From positions 31,560,001 to 31,620,000 of the forward strand of contig OZ076409.1 of assembly GCA_964187785.1 (NCBI GenBank): a DNA stretch of 60,000 bases, read 5' to 3'. Made by a program: the position numbers and the translations under genes. The notes beneath the pieces are model-generated. The model was not told where the DNA came from. It did not search any database and saw only the letters and a program-made list of their open reading frames with translations. Positions 24,309-38,300 of this stretch are shown here, in pieces (within the stretch, counting starts at the first letter, position 1; each line of letters opens with the position of its first letter). This stretch comes from Amphiscolops sp. MND2022 (lineage: Eukaryota).

Positions 24309-25208
24309 TCACTCAAATTTATGGAAAATATTCATACTTTCTAACGTTTTGTTGTTAGATTTAAAGTTGAATATACTTCTTAAAAGTTCTTGTTCATAAT
24401 ATTTTCCTTCTATTTGTTCGTTGTTTTCATCTACTAAACCATGCGTAACTGGGTTAGTTGGATTAATTTTATGTATTTTAAAAAGTTCTCTATTCCAATT
24501 TGTTGTATAACCTTTACTATATAAATTGCGTTTATCAGGAACTCTTACAAAATCTCCTACTTGGAATTTTGGCAATTTATTATTATTACGCGAAGCGCCT
24601 TCGGTATGTGAAGCCAGCTTTGCTGTACGGGAAGCGCCTTCGGTATGAATATTTTTATTATCACTAGGAATTAGTTTGTCATTACTAGCTTCAAAAGGTG
24701 TTATACGCGTTGTGGTGTGCACACGAATATTATATTTTTCCATAGCAGCATCAAGATGATCCAACCAACAAGCTTTAGCTTCAATATACATTTGTTCTTT
24801 AATGAGATCTAATATTGTTCTATGTAATCGTTCAAAACAGCTTTTAAATCAATTAGTTGAATAAATTTGAATGTTTTGCTCTTTTCGGTAGTGTAAAAAT
24901 GTTTTGTTATAAAACTTACCTCTATCTGACCAAATTTTATCAGGTTTTCTTTTTGCTTTCTCAATAAGATATTTAAATACAGTTGTTGTACTTTTTCCGG
25001 ACTTTAAGAGGAATCGCCCATGCATATTTAGCATGTCAATTGTTGTAAAAATAAATTTGAAGTGTTTATTGTAATTTGATAAGCTAGACCGGTCTATCAG
25101 ATCAATACTCCAACACTCATCTTTATAGTGAGTTTGTATTTGAATCCTTTGGAACTTTTCAATTACAGGAAAGAATATTTCTTTAGCAATTTCTTTATTT
25201 TCATTCAT
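24309..25208 (-). pseudogene. Retroviral-type (rve) integrase of Polinton, frameshifted
   Basis: WSIDLID, FTTID, PDKIWSDRG, ERLHRT, YN.RVHTT..ITPFEA, KFQVGDFVRV, KGYTTNW..ELF, GKYYEQEL. Confidence 0.92.
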
Positions 25209-25386
25209 TTGATAATTTGGAATTTTTCAATTTCCGGTAATTAGTGATATAGTAAAGCTGCTTCGCATACCGAAGGCGCTTTGCGTGCTTTGCGTACACC
25301 AAAGCTGGCTTCACATCAAGTTGGTATTCTATTTTACCGGAGGCGCTTTACACCGAAGTAGCTTTGCTTGTAATTTTTCTTAATGA

Positions 25387-26400
25387 ATGAATGAAAAAAT
25401 TCATATAGGTTTATTGTGTGTAATTTTTATTATAATTTTATGTATTTATTGGTATTGTTTTAGGCCTGGATATTATAGAAATTATACCAACAATTAAAAC
25501 AATTCAAAGGATTTAAACATTCTCATTTAACTAATCAACCAGAAGAACTACCCCACAAACCAATCAATAATACAAATTGTCATATGTTAATTCATGGTAC
25601 TAGTGGGTCAGGTAAGACATCTTTCCTTAAGTATTATTTAGATCAGACTAGATCAAATTTTATAGCATTCGGTAGAGATGAAACTTAGTTTCCTAATAAT
25701 TATGTACCTTTGTTGCAGTTAGAAAAGTTTGATGTGCAAAGAACCTCCGGTAGTGAATCACTGCTAATAAAAGGATAATTTTAGACGATGCAGGTGCATT
25801 CAAACAACTCAGAACAAAAGTAGAAGACTTATTCCGATTTGGCAGACATCATAATATACAAGTTATTTATCTTGCACACTATGCAAAGGATGTTCTCCGG
25901 TAGTGAGAGAGAATTGTTTCAAGTTATTTATAACAATTAACAACCCAGATAGTTTCTTTGAAACTATTACAAACACATATTCAATCAAAGATCTCAAGTG
26001 GAAAAAATACAGTGAACAGTTAGACTTTGGTATTATTGAATATGTTACTAGATCACAAAAGTATAAAATACTCAACCAGAAGTATCAGGTAGTATATGAT
26101 ACAACTAAACATAAATGGAGTCCTGAGGATTATGTAAAATATGAAAGTTATTTCTTTACAGGTGAGGAATTTAATTAATCGTTTTAGAGGAGATGTGTGA
26201 CCAGACAATTGAAATAACACCTTTTAATGTAGCCTATTATTATGTATATTATTGTGAACAAAATAAAAATTAAAGTGAATGAATATTAAAATAGACAACT
26301 ATATAGAGCGTATGCAACAACCATTAATTTTAGACCAACTTAAAGAGGAATTTAAGAATATATTAATAGCCCAGGCAATCAGGTTTAGTAAAAGTGAATA
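25387..26400 (+). pseudogene. A32/FtsK-like DNA packaging ATPase, frameshifted
   Basis: Walker A GTSGSGKT (25596-25619), Walker B IILDD, FRFGRHHNIQVIYLAH, VRENC. Confidence 0.88.
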
Positions 26401-26409
26401 ACTATGATT

Positions 26410-26853
26410 ATGATTTAAAATTAGTTATTTCCTTTGGTTGATCATAATCTTTTTTAGGATTTATCTTTTTTTTCTAGAATTATTATCAACTATAAGTTTT
26501 TTATCTTCTATATTACCGGAAGTTTCATATAAATTTTTATCTTTGGTACAAATTCAGTGTCAATTCCATATTCTATTCGTACTTGTTCTGGATAAAGCAT
26601 TTTCACTTTTTTGTTCTTTTCAGTAATGTTATATACAGTGTTGTATACTTCTAAAGTTTTTACTCCCATCATCCACTTTTCAGGCAATTCCAATGGAATA
26701 TCAAATGAAAAAGATTTTTTGTTTAGTCGTTTTAAACTCTAAAGTTTCCTGAGGTTTGGATAAGGTATTTTCAACATTATCCAAATTAGATTTTGCAATA
26801 CTCAATAATAGAGATTCTTTTTTATCATAAGTTACAAAATTTGATGGATCCAT
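26410..26853 (-). pseudogene. Probable minor capsid (penton)-like protein, partial
   Basis: FSFDIPLELPEKWMMGVKTLEVYNTVYNITEKN resembles the penton N-terminal PLxL..W.+.L..NI motif. Confidence 0.5.
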
Positions 26854-26994
26854 TTATTGAGAAAAAAATTTGTAAATGTATATACAAAAAACCCTTTTTG
26901 TGAGCTTCACGTATTTAAATTTTATGAAATTGTTCAAATCCACTAGCGGATATGTTGTTTATAAATTCTTGCCTGTCTTTTGATAATTTTTTGT

Positions 26995-27512
26995 TATTAG
27001 TCGGCGCTTTTCGAAGAAAAACGCAGACTATAGTAGTGACTTTTTTTAGGCCAACGAACTGACAGATTTTATAAAGAGTTAAAAAATAGCTGAATTCACT
27101 GCACTAACAGTAACTGCAACGCTAGCTATCACTGCTGGCACTTGGCATAGAGGTTAATTAAGCTTTTTGAGGTCTGCCAAGCAGAAGGACGTGGGTTCGA
27201 GTCCCGTCCTTGATCAAATTTTTTTGTGCAGGTTTTTTTCGGCTTTGTGAGACTTTTTTTCGCAAATTTTTTTAATGTCTCCAAAGGGTCCACCCTTCAT
27301 TTTTTTCTATTTTGCATAAGAATGGATGTTCAAAACCTCCCAAAGGGCCCCTTTTACATTTTTTCGGCACTATGCGACTTACCGGAGACCAAAAAATTTC
27401 GACAAAAAATTCAAAAAAATTCGGATTTTTTTAAATATTTCCTCACGCGGGTACTGTAGAAGAGAATACTTGACACTTTGAAGTCCTTTTGCTATTTTTG
27501 AGCCTTAGATAT
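26995..27512 (+). mobile_element. Helentron-associated (HINE/DINE-like) non-autonomous insertion with tRNA-like segment
   Basis: 5' hairpin TTATTAGTCGGCGCTTTTC-GAA-GAAAAACGCAGACT; B-box GGTTCGAGTCCC (~27194); AAAGGG-CCC-TTT subrepeats. Truncates the protease ORF. Confidence 0.55.
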
Positions 27513-27909
27513 TTTTGAAGCCTATTATATTTGTGAGATATAACACATACGAACAATACGCTGCACAATAACTTTCATTTTTCTGAATTAGATATTCTGA
27601 ATAAATACCTCCATCAATTTGATTCTCGATGTTTAGTGGTGGTGGACAGCCATAAGAATCAAAATAATTTTGATTTGAAAACATAACCCAGTGTGTTCCT
27701 TTACTTGGATGTAAGTCAACTTTTCCTGAAGGAGTGGTAAACTTATCATCTCTCATGTATATCCCGGTTGAGTTTAATTTGAGTATGTCTAGGATTTCTT
27801 TTATTTTTACATTAGAAGTTGCTTCATTTTTTTGTCCGTATTTTTCAAAAAATTCTTTGAATGATAAATACACTGGCTTCGCATACCGAAGACGCTTAGC
27901 GTATTTCAT
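27505..27909 (-). CDS. Adenain-like (adenoviral C5) cysteine protease, C-terminally interrupted
   Basis: GTHWV, YFDSYGCPPP, IQKNESYCAAYC give catalytic H, D, Q, C. Confidence 0.9.
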   Translation of the reverse strand: MKYAKRLRYAKPVYLSFKEFFEKYGQKNEATSNVKIKEILDILKLNSTGIYMRDDKFTTPSGKVDLHPSKGTHWVMFSNQNYFDSYGCPPPLNIENQIDGGIYSEYLIQKNESYCAAYCSYVLYLTNIIGFKNI

Positions 27910-28269
27910 TTAATAGTTGTTTTTTCATCAACTGTTTGTTCAAAAAATATCATGAAATTAATACTGAAATATTGTTGTGATAAACTTATTAAATAGCTAA
28001 TTTCTGAAAGTCCGGCAAGCATCGATTTGGGCAACCGCCATGAAGGGTTTTAGTGGCCGGCATTGAATGTTGTGAAGTCTTCCCATCCGAGTGAAAGTTA
28101 TTGAGTTTGCTCTGGTTTCACCATCCGCGTGGAAGTGTCTGGCTCTGGGCGTGCTCAACTCTCTTCTCATCTCTCTTCACGACTGAAAAAACCCGGTGAG
28201 CCTGTTCCTATTTATTATTCACATCAATAATTATGGGAATTACAAAATAGACATTGAACTAATGAAGCC

Positions 28270-29327
28270 ATGACGTTGAATAGAGAAGAGTTTTTGTCGT
28301 TACCGGACGAAGTTAAGTATAAACTGTATCAAGATTTCTCCAATCAAATTGATTATTCAAAAGGCCTTGTTTCTGGTCTATTATCATAAGTGCAATCAAC
28401 TGATCCAACAGAACATCCTCCGACGGAGATGAATAGTTATGCTGCTGTTACGAAACGCAATGAAAAGGTTGTTGGAATAAGTAATGGTCTGCCCACAAAA
28501 GAAAATGTAACAATAGACAAAGTAATGAAGCCCCATCTCTCACTGCCAAACAAAGACATTGACTTCTTAGTTTTGGGTGACTCAATTACAAACAGACTGA
28601 ATCAGCCAGAAATTGGACCAGATGCTATTGTTCGAGGCTACGGTGGTGCTCGCATCTCTGATTTGTATGAAAAAATTTCTCACACAAGAAAAAAGAAGGT
28701 CAAACCATCTTTTTAGCAATTGCAATCAATGATATCCTGAAGGAACAGAAGCCCGACATTAAGATGATGATTAACAATATGGAAAAACTAATCTATCTGG
28801 TCAACGGTAGGTTCAACCCAGGTTTCATCAACATAGTCAACTCGAGACCCCCCCTTGCAAGTTATAATAAAGATAAAAATGTTTCAGTGGACAAGTTTAA
28901 CAAGGAGCTGCAAAAAATACATCATCAGTTGAGTGACCTTCCTGACGACTTAACATTACATTTCCTGGACCTCAATTCTTTGTTCAAAGACAAGGATTAC
29001 CTCAATATTGATAGTGTTCACTCAAACGTCTCTGGAGTGGAAACTATCGTGAAAAGTTATCAGTCGTGTCTCTCTGCTAATGATATCCCGTGTTCTTCTG
29101 GACCTATAACCATGCGAGAACGACTGAAACCCAATGCCCATAATAACAAATGCCACGAATTACAATTAAAATGATTAAAATGGAATGAGCTGAGCAAACT
29201 GATAAAAACGCTAAATCTGTTCAATCCGAAATGGCTTCTAGTTCTAACAAATGATTTGTCAACTTTTAGTATTCTTTGTATTAATATTCTTTCTTGCGAC
29301 TCCAACATATGGCTTAATGAAACGTGA
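28270..29327 (+). pseudogene. LINE ORF1 with SGNH/GDSL esterase domain
   Basis: FLVLGDSI, GYGGARI, AIAINDI, DSVHSN blocks; stops and a frameshift present. Confidence 0.85.
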
Positions 29328-32300
29328 AACAAAGAGGTTAAAGTATCAGAACATGTATCGCCAGAAGAACACGAACATCAGACTCTTGCGATATACTTGT
29401 GGAAAATATTATATAAAAATCAAGTTGTTAATGTCTGGCGACATTGAGCTGAACCCAGGACCAGAAGTTATCTATAAGTTACTTACCCAAATTTTCACCA
29501 AGCAAAATAGTAAATTGAAATTCTTCAAAATAAACTGTCAGAGCCTCAACAAAAAAAGGAGTCTTTCAAAGACATAATCCAAGACCTTGGATAAAATACT
29601 ATGTATGGAATCACCGAAACATGGCTTTCTGAAGAAGATGATGAAAAACTCTGGGGAATTAACAATAGATTTAAATTTTTTAGATATGACCGAAATTCGA
29701 ACGAAAAGAAAAAAGGTGGTGGAGTGATCTTAGCAGTTCCAAAGTCACTGAACCCGAAAAACGTCCGGATTTGAATCATATGAGCAAAAACATTTTTGAA
29801 AGTTTATGGATAGAATGCATATTGACTAACTCGCTTCTGGAGAAGTCAAGGCAAATAATTATCATTAGTTATCATCCGCAAAAAAAGCATTACAATAGAT
29901 TCCTCGAAGAATTGTCAACCGGCATTGAATATGCCATTACTGAGAAAAACCATTCGTGCTCATGGACGACTATAATATAAATTACTTCGTCAAAAGAGAA
30001 AGAATGTTTGGAAACCATTCTAACACCGTACGGCCTCAATGTCATGAATGAAGATCACGCTAGCAGAGTACAAAATCAATCAAGAACACTCATTGACTAC
30101 ATCATTACTGATCATTTGAAATCTCTAAATTTTGAGGCCTTTGTATCAGATAGTGTCTTTTGTACTTCCAAAAATAAATCAATAGATCATCGGGCAACGT
30201 CCGTCGTAAGTAAACCTTAGATCGAAAAACGTTTTAATGTTACAATCAAAGAGGTTTTTGACGAAAGTAATTATGAGAGGTGAATTTTGTCAAGAGATTC
30301 AAAGGAGTGATTGGTGTAGGTTCTACCACCAGAAGAGTGCTGAAGAAATGTTCTACGTTTTTAATGGCATCTTGAAAAATGCGATGAGAAAATGTGTCTT
30401 TAAAAAAAATCTTCGATCGTAATGATAAGAATCTCTTGACTATACAAAATTTATTGGTTGAAAAAGAGTCCATCGAAATATACAATAAAACGAAACAGTT
30501 CATGCATCCAGATGATATCTCGTATAATAAAATTCAACAGAATTTCGGTGAAAAAAATTAATGGAAATCGTTCCGCCCATAACGTCAACACGTTCAAAAA
30601 TCTGAAGACAGAGCGAGAAAAACGGAACTTCATCAATGAAGCGAGAAATTCCAAAAAAAAGCAAAACTGACATCTCATCACTCAAAAACGTTTTTGGCGA
30701 CATCTATACTGACTAAAATAAGATAGTCAATTTACTTAACTACCGTTTCTCAAGTTATCGGTCGTGTCTCTCTGATAATGATATCCCGTGTTTTTCTGGA
30801 CCTATGACCGTGCGAGAACGACTGAAACCCAATGCCCATAATAACAAATACCACGAAATACAATTAAAATGGAATGAGCTGAGCAAACTGATAAAACCGC
30901 TGAATCTGTTCAATCCGAAATGGCTTCGAGTTCTAACAATTGATTCGTCAACTTTTAGTATTCTTTGTATTAATAATCTTTCTTGCGACTCCAACATATG
31001 GCTTAATGAAACGCGAAACAAAGAGGTTAAAGTATTAGAACATTTATCGCCAGAAGAACACGAACATCAGACTCTTGCGACATGCTTGTGGAAAATATTA
31101 TAACAAAATCAAGTTGTTAAGGTCTGGCGACATTGAGTTGAACCCAGGACCAGAAGTTATCTATAGGTTACTTACCCAAATTTTCACCAAGCAAAATAGA
31201 AAATTGAAATTCTTCAATATAAACTGTCAGAGCCTCAACAAAAAAAGGAGTTTTTCAAAGACATAATTCAAGACCTTGGAGAAAATACTATCTATGGAAT
31301 CACCGGAACATAGCTTCCTGAAGATGTTGAAAAACTCTGGGAAATAAACAATAGATTTTATTTTTTTTGATATGACCGAAATTCAAACGAAAAGAAGAAA
31401 GGTGGTGGAGTGATCTTAGCAGTTCCAAAGTCACTGCACCCGTAAAAACGTCCGGATTTGAATCAAATGAGCAAAAACATTTTTGAAAGTTTATAGATAG
31501 AATGCAAATTGACTAACTCGCTTTCGGAGAAGTCAAGGCAAATAATTAACATTAGTTATAATCCGCAAAAAAAAGCATTACTATAGATTCCTCGAAGAAT
31601 TGTCAACCAGCATCGATTATGCCATTACTGAGAAAAAACCATTAGTGCTCATGGACGACTATATAAATTACTTCGACAAAAGAGAAAGAATGTTTGGAAA
31701 CCATTCTAACACCGTACGGCCTCAATGTCTTGAATAAAGATCACGCTAGCAGAGTACAAAATCAATCAAGAACTCGCATTGACTACATCATTACGGATCT
31801 TTTGAAATCTGAAAATTTTGAGACCTTTGTATCAGATAGTGTCTTTCGTACTTCCAAAAATAAATCAATAGATCATCGGACAACGTCCGTCGTAAGTAAC
31901 CTTTAGATCGAAAAACGTTGTAATGTGACAATCAAAGAGGTTTTTGACAAAAGTAATTATAAGAGAGGTGAATTTTGTCAAGAGATTCAAAGGAGTGATT
32001 GGTGTAGGTTCTACCACCAGAAGAGTGCTGAAGAAATGTTCTACGTTTTTAATGGCATCTTGAAAAATGCGATGAGAAAATGTGTCTTTAAAAAAATCTT
32101 CATTCGTAATGATAAGAATCTCTTGACTATACAAAATTTATTGGTTGAAAAAGAGTCCATCGAAATATACAATAAAACGAAACAGTTCATGCATCCAGAT
32201 GATATCTCGTATAATAAAATTCAACAGAATTTCGGTGAAAAAAATTAATGGAAATCGTTCCGCCCATAACGTCAACACGTTCAAAAATCTAAAGACAGAG

Positions 32301-35300
32301 CGAGAAAAACGTAACTTCATCAATGAAGCGAGAAATTCCAAAAAAAGCAAAACTGACATCTCATCACTCAAAAACGTTTTTGGCGACATCTATACTGACT
32401 AAAATAAGATAGTCAATTTACTTAACTACCGTTTCTCAAGTTATCGGTCGTGTCTCTCTGATAATGATATCCCGTGTTTTTCTGGACCTATGACCGTGCG
32501 AGAACGACTGAAACCCTTTCCTGGATTTATCAAATGCTTTTGACTCTATTTCACATGAAATTCTACTAGAAAAACTGAAGAAACTTCATTTCGATAAAAA
32601 AGCAGTGTCTTTAATAGAATGTTTCCTGATTGGACGGACACAAAGAGTAGTAATATCAACATCGACATCCGATTGGATCAATTTATATCAAGAAGTTCCA
32701 CAAGGTACTGTAACCATGCGATAACGACTGAAACCCAATGCCCATAATAACAAATACCACGAATTACAATTAAAATGGAATGAGCTGAGCAAACTGATAA
32801 AACCGCTGAATCTGTTCAATCCGAAATGGCCTCTAGTTCTAACAAATGATTCGTCAACTTTTAGTATTTTTTGTATTAATAATCTTTCTTGCGACTCCAA
32901 CATATGGCTTAATGAAACGCGAAACAAAGAGGTTAAAGTATTAGAACATTTATCGCCAGAAGAACACGAACATCAGACTCTTGCGACATGCTTGTGGAAA
33001 ATATTATAACAAAATCAAGTTGTTAAGGTCTGGCGACATTAAGTTGAACCCAGGACCAGAAGTTATCTATAGGTTACTTACCCAAATTTTCACCAAGCAA
33101 AATAGAAAATTGAAATTCTTCAATATAAACTGTCAGAGCCTCAACAAAAAAAGGAGTCTTTCAAAGACATAATTCAAGACCTTGGAGAAAATACTATCTA
33201 TGGAATCACCGGAACATAGCTTCCTGAAGATGTTGAAAAACTCTGGGAAATAAACAATAGATTTTATTTTTTTTTGATATGACCGAAATTCAAACGAAAA
33301 GAAGAAAGGTGGTGGAGTGATCTTAGCAGTTCCAAAGTCACTGCACCCGTAAAAACGTCCGGATTTGAATCAAATGAGCAAAAACATTTTTGAAAGTTTA
33401 TAGATAGAATGCAAATTGACTAACTCGCTTTCGGAGAAGTCAAGGCAAATAATTAACATTAGTTATAATCCGCAAAAAAAAGCATTACAATAGATTCCTC
33501 GAAGAATTGTCAACCAGCATCGATTATGCCATTACTGAGAAAAAACCATTAGTGCTCATGGACGACTATATAAATTACTTCGACAAAAGAGAAAGAATGT
33601 TTGGAAACCATTCTAACACCGTACGGCCTCAATGTCTTGAATAAAGATCACGCTAGCAGAGTACAAAATCAATCAAGAACTCGCATTGACTACATCATTA
33701 CGGATCTTTTGAAATCTGAAAATTCTGAGACCTTTGTATCAGATAGTGTCTTTCGTACTTCCAAAAATAAATCAATAGATCATCGGACAACGTCCGTCGT
33801 AAGTAACCCTTAGATCGAAAAACGTTGTAATGTTACAATCAAAGAGGTTTTTGACAAAAGTAATTATGAGAGGTGAATTTTGTCAAGAGATTCAAAGGAG
33901 TGATTGGTGTAGGTTCTACCACCAGAAGAGTGCTGAAGAAATGTTCTACGTTTTTAATGGCATCTTGAAAAATGCGATGAGAAAATGTGTCTTTAAAAAA
34001 AATCTTCGATCGTAATGATAAGAATCTCTTGACTATACAAAATTTATTGGTTGAAAAAGAGTCCATCGAAATATACAATAAAACGAAACAGTTCATGCAT
34101 CCAGATGATATCTCGTATAATAAAATTCAACAGAATTTCGGTGAAAAAAATTAATGGAAATCGTTCCGCCCATAACGTCAACACGTTCAAAAATCTGAAG
34201 ACAGAGCGAGAAAAACGGAACTTCATCAATGAAGCGAGAAATTCCAAAAAAAAGCAAAACTGACATCTCATCACTCAAAAACGTTTTTGGCGACATCTAT
34301 ACTGACTAAAATAAGATAGTCAATTTACTTAACTACCGTTTCTCAAGTTATCGGTCGTGTCTCTCTGATAATGATATCCCGTGTTTTTCTGGACCTATGA
34401 CCGTGCGAGAACGACTGAAACCCAATGCCCATAATAACAAATACCACGAAATACAATTAAAATGGAATGAGCTGAGCAAACTGATAAAACCGCTGAATCT
34501 GTTCAATCCGAAATGGCTTCGAGTTCTAACAATTGATTCGTCAACTTTTAGTATTCTTTGTATTAATAATCTTTCTTGCGACTCCAACATATGGCTTAAT
34601 GAAACGCGAAACAAAGAGGTTAAAGTATTAGAACATTTATCGCCAGAAGAACACGAACATCAGACTCTTGCGACATGCTTGTGGAAAATATTATAACAAA
34701 ATCAAGTTGTTAAGGTCTGGCGACATTGAGTTGAACCCAGGACCAGAAGTTATCTATAGGTTACTTACCCAAATTTTCACCAAGCAAAATAGAAAATTGA
34801 AATTCTTCAATATAAACTGTCAGAGCCTCAACAAAAAAAGGAGTTTTTCAAAGACATAATTCAAGACCTTGGAGAAAATACTATCTATGGAATCACCGGA
34901 ACATAGCTTCCTGAAGATGTTGAAAAACTCTGGGAAATAAACAATAGATTTTATTTTTTTTTGATATGAGCGAAATTCAAACGAAAAGAAGAAAGGTGGT
35001 GGAGTGATCTTAGCAGTTCCAAAGTCACTGCACCCGTAAAAACGTCCGGATTTGAATCAAATGAGCAAAAACATTTTTGAAAGTTTATAGATAGAATGCA
35101 AATTGACTAACTCGCTTTCGGAGAAGTCAAGGCAAATAATTAACATTAGTTATAATCCGCAAAAAAAAGCATTACAATAGATTCCTCGAAGAATTGTCAA
35201 CCAGCATCGATTATGCCATTACTGAGAAAAAACCATTAGTGCTCATGGACGACTATATAAATTACTTCGACAAAAGAGAAAGAATGTTTGGAAACCATTC

Positions 35301-38300
35301 TAACACCGTACGGCCTCAATGTCTTGAATAAAGATCACGCTAGCAGAGTACAAAATCAATCAAGAACTCGCATTGACTACATCATTACGGATCTTTTGAA
35401 ATCTGAAAATTTTGAGACCTTTGTATTAGATAGTGTCTTTCGTACTTCCAAAAATAAATCAATAGATCATCGGACAACGTCCGTCGTAAGTAACCTTTAG
35501 ATCGAAAAACGTTGTAATGTGACAATCAAAGAGGTTTTTGACAAAAGTAATTATAAGAGAGGTGAATTTTGTCAAGAGATTCAAAGGAGTGATTGGTGTA
35601 GGTTCTACCACCAGAAGAGTGCTGAAGAAATGTTCTACGTTTTTAATGGCATCTTGAAAAATGCGATGAGAAAATGTGTCTTTAAAAAAATCTTCATTCG
35701 TAATGATAAGAATCTCTTGACTATACAAAATTTATTGGTTGAAAAAGAGTCCATCGAAATATACAATAAAACGAAACAGTTCATGCATCCAGATGATATC
35801 TCGTATAATAAAATTCAACAGAATTTCGGTGAAAAAAATTAATGGAAATCGTTCCGCCCATAACGTCAACACGTTCAAAAATCTAAAGACAGAGCGAGAA
35901 AAACGTAACTTCATCATTGAAGCGAGAAATTCCAAAAAAAGCAAAACTGACATCTCATCACTCAAAAACGTTTTTGGCGACATCTATACTGACTAAAATA
36001 AGATAGTCAATTTACTTAACTACCGTTTCTCAAGTTATCGGTCGTGTCTCTCTGATAATGATATCCCGTGTTTTTCTGGACCTATGACCGTGCGAGAACG
36101 ACTGAAACCCAATGCCCATAATAACAAATACCACGAAATACAATTAAAATGGAATGAGCTGAGCAAACTGATAAAACCGCTGAATCTGTTCAATCCGAAA
36201 TGGCTTCGAGTTCTAACAATTGATTCGTCAACTTTTAGTATTCTTTGTATTAATAATCTTTCTTGCGACTCCAACATATGGCTTAATGAAACGCGAAACA
36301 AAGAGGTTAAAGTATTAGAACATTTATCGCCAGAAGAACACGAACATCAGACTCTTGCGACATGCTTGTGGAAAATATTATAACAAAATCAAGTTGTTAA
36401 GGTCTGGCGACATTGAGTTGAACCCAGGACCAGAAGTTATCTATAGGTTACTTACCCAAATTTTCACCAAGCAAAATAGAAAATTGAAATTCTTCAATAT
36501 AAACTGTCAGAGCCTCAACAAAAAAAGGAGTTTTTCAAAGACATAATTCAAGACCTTGGAGAAAATACTATCTATGGAATCACCGGAACATAGCTTCCTG
36601 AAGATGTTGAAAAACTCTGGGAAATAAACAATAGATTTTATTTTTTTTGATATGACCGAAATTCAAACGAAAAGAAGAAAGGTGGTGGAGTGATCTTAGC
36701 AGTTCCAAAGTCACTGCACCCGTAAAAACGTCCGGATTTGAATCAAATGAGCAAAAACATTTTTGAAAGTTTATAGATAGAATGCAAATTGACTAACTCG
36801 CTTTCGGAGAAGTCAAGGCAAATAATTAACATTAGTTATAATCCGCAAAAAAAAGCATTACAATAGATTCCTCGAAGAATTGTCAACCAGCATCGATTAT
36901 GCCATTACTGAGAAAAAACCATTAGTGCTCATGGACGACTATATAAATTACTTCGACAAAAGAGAAAGAATGTTTGGAAACCATTCTAACACCGTACGGC
37001 CTCAATGTCTTGAATAAAGATCACGCTAGCAGAGTACAAAATCAATCAAGAACTCGCATTGACTACATCATTACGGATCTTTTGAAATCTGAAAATTTTG
37101 AGACCTTTGTATCAGATAGTGTCTTTCGTACTTCCAAAAATAAATCAATAGATCATCGGACAACGTCCGTCGTAAGTAACCTTTAGATCGAAAAACGTTG
37201 TAATGTGACAATCAAAGAGGTTTTTGACAAAAGTAATTATAAGAGAGGTGAATTTTGTCAAGAGATTCAAAGGAGTGATTGGTGTAGGTTCTACCACCAG
37301 AAGAGTGCTGAAGAAATGTTCTACGTTTTTAATGGCATCTTGAAAAATGCGATGAGAAAATGTGTCTTTAAAAAAATCTTCATTCGTAATGATAAGAATC
37401 TCTTGACTATACAAAATTTATTGGTTGAAAAAGAGTCCATCGAAATATACAATAAAACGAAACAGTTCATGCATCCAGATGATATCTCGTATAATAAAAT
37501 TCAACAGAATTTCGGTGAAAAAAATTAATGGAAATCGTTCCGCCCATAACGTCAACACGTTCAAAAATCTAAAGACAGAGCGAGAAAAACGTAACTTCAT
37601 CAATGAAGCGAGAAATTCCAAAAAAAGCAAAACTGACATCTCATCACTCAAAAACGTTTTTGGCGACATCTATACTGACTAAAATAAGATAGTCAATTTA
37701 CTTAACTACCGTTTCTCAAGTTATCGGTCGTGTCTCTCTGATAATGATATCCCGTGTTTTTCTGGACCTATGACCGTGCGAGAACGACTGAAACCCTTTC
37801 CTGGATTTATCAAATGCTTTTGACTCTATTTCACATGAAATTCTACTAGAAAAACTGAAGAAACTTCATTTCGATAAAAAAGCAGTGTCTTTAATAGAAT
37901 GTTTCCTGATTGGACGGACACAAAGAGTAGTAATATCAACATCGACATCCGATTGGATCAATTTATATCAAGAAGTTCCACAAGGTACTGTAACCATGCG
38001 ATAACGACTGAAACCCAATGCCCATAATAACAAATACCACGAATTACAATTAAAATGGAATGAGCTGAGCAAACTGATAAAACCGCTGAATCTGTTCAAT
38101 CCGAAATGGCCTCTAGTTCTAACAAATGATTCGTCAACTTTTAGTATTTTTTGTATTAATAATCTTTCTTGCGACTCCAACATATGGCTTAATGATACGC
38201 GAAACAAAGAGGTTAAAGTATTAGAACATTTATCGCCAGAAGAACACGAACATCAGACTCTTGCGACATGCTTGTGGAAAATATTATAACAAAATCAAGT

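Larger units (their letters stand above)
15130..27960. mobile_element. Degraded Polinton/Maverick (adintovirus-like) element 1
   Basis: Clustered AT-rich pPolB, double-jelly-roll capsid, rve integrase, A32-like ATPase and adenain protease. Termini not firmly identified. Confidence 0.92.

Noticed and set aside
15130..27960. Active or intact endogenous virus
   Set aside because: In-frame stops, frameshifts, loss of the polymerase palm, and insertions; some homopolymer indels could be sequencing errors but cannot explain all lesions.
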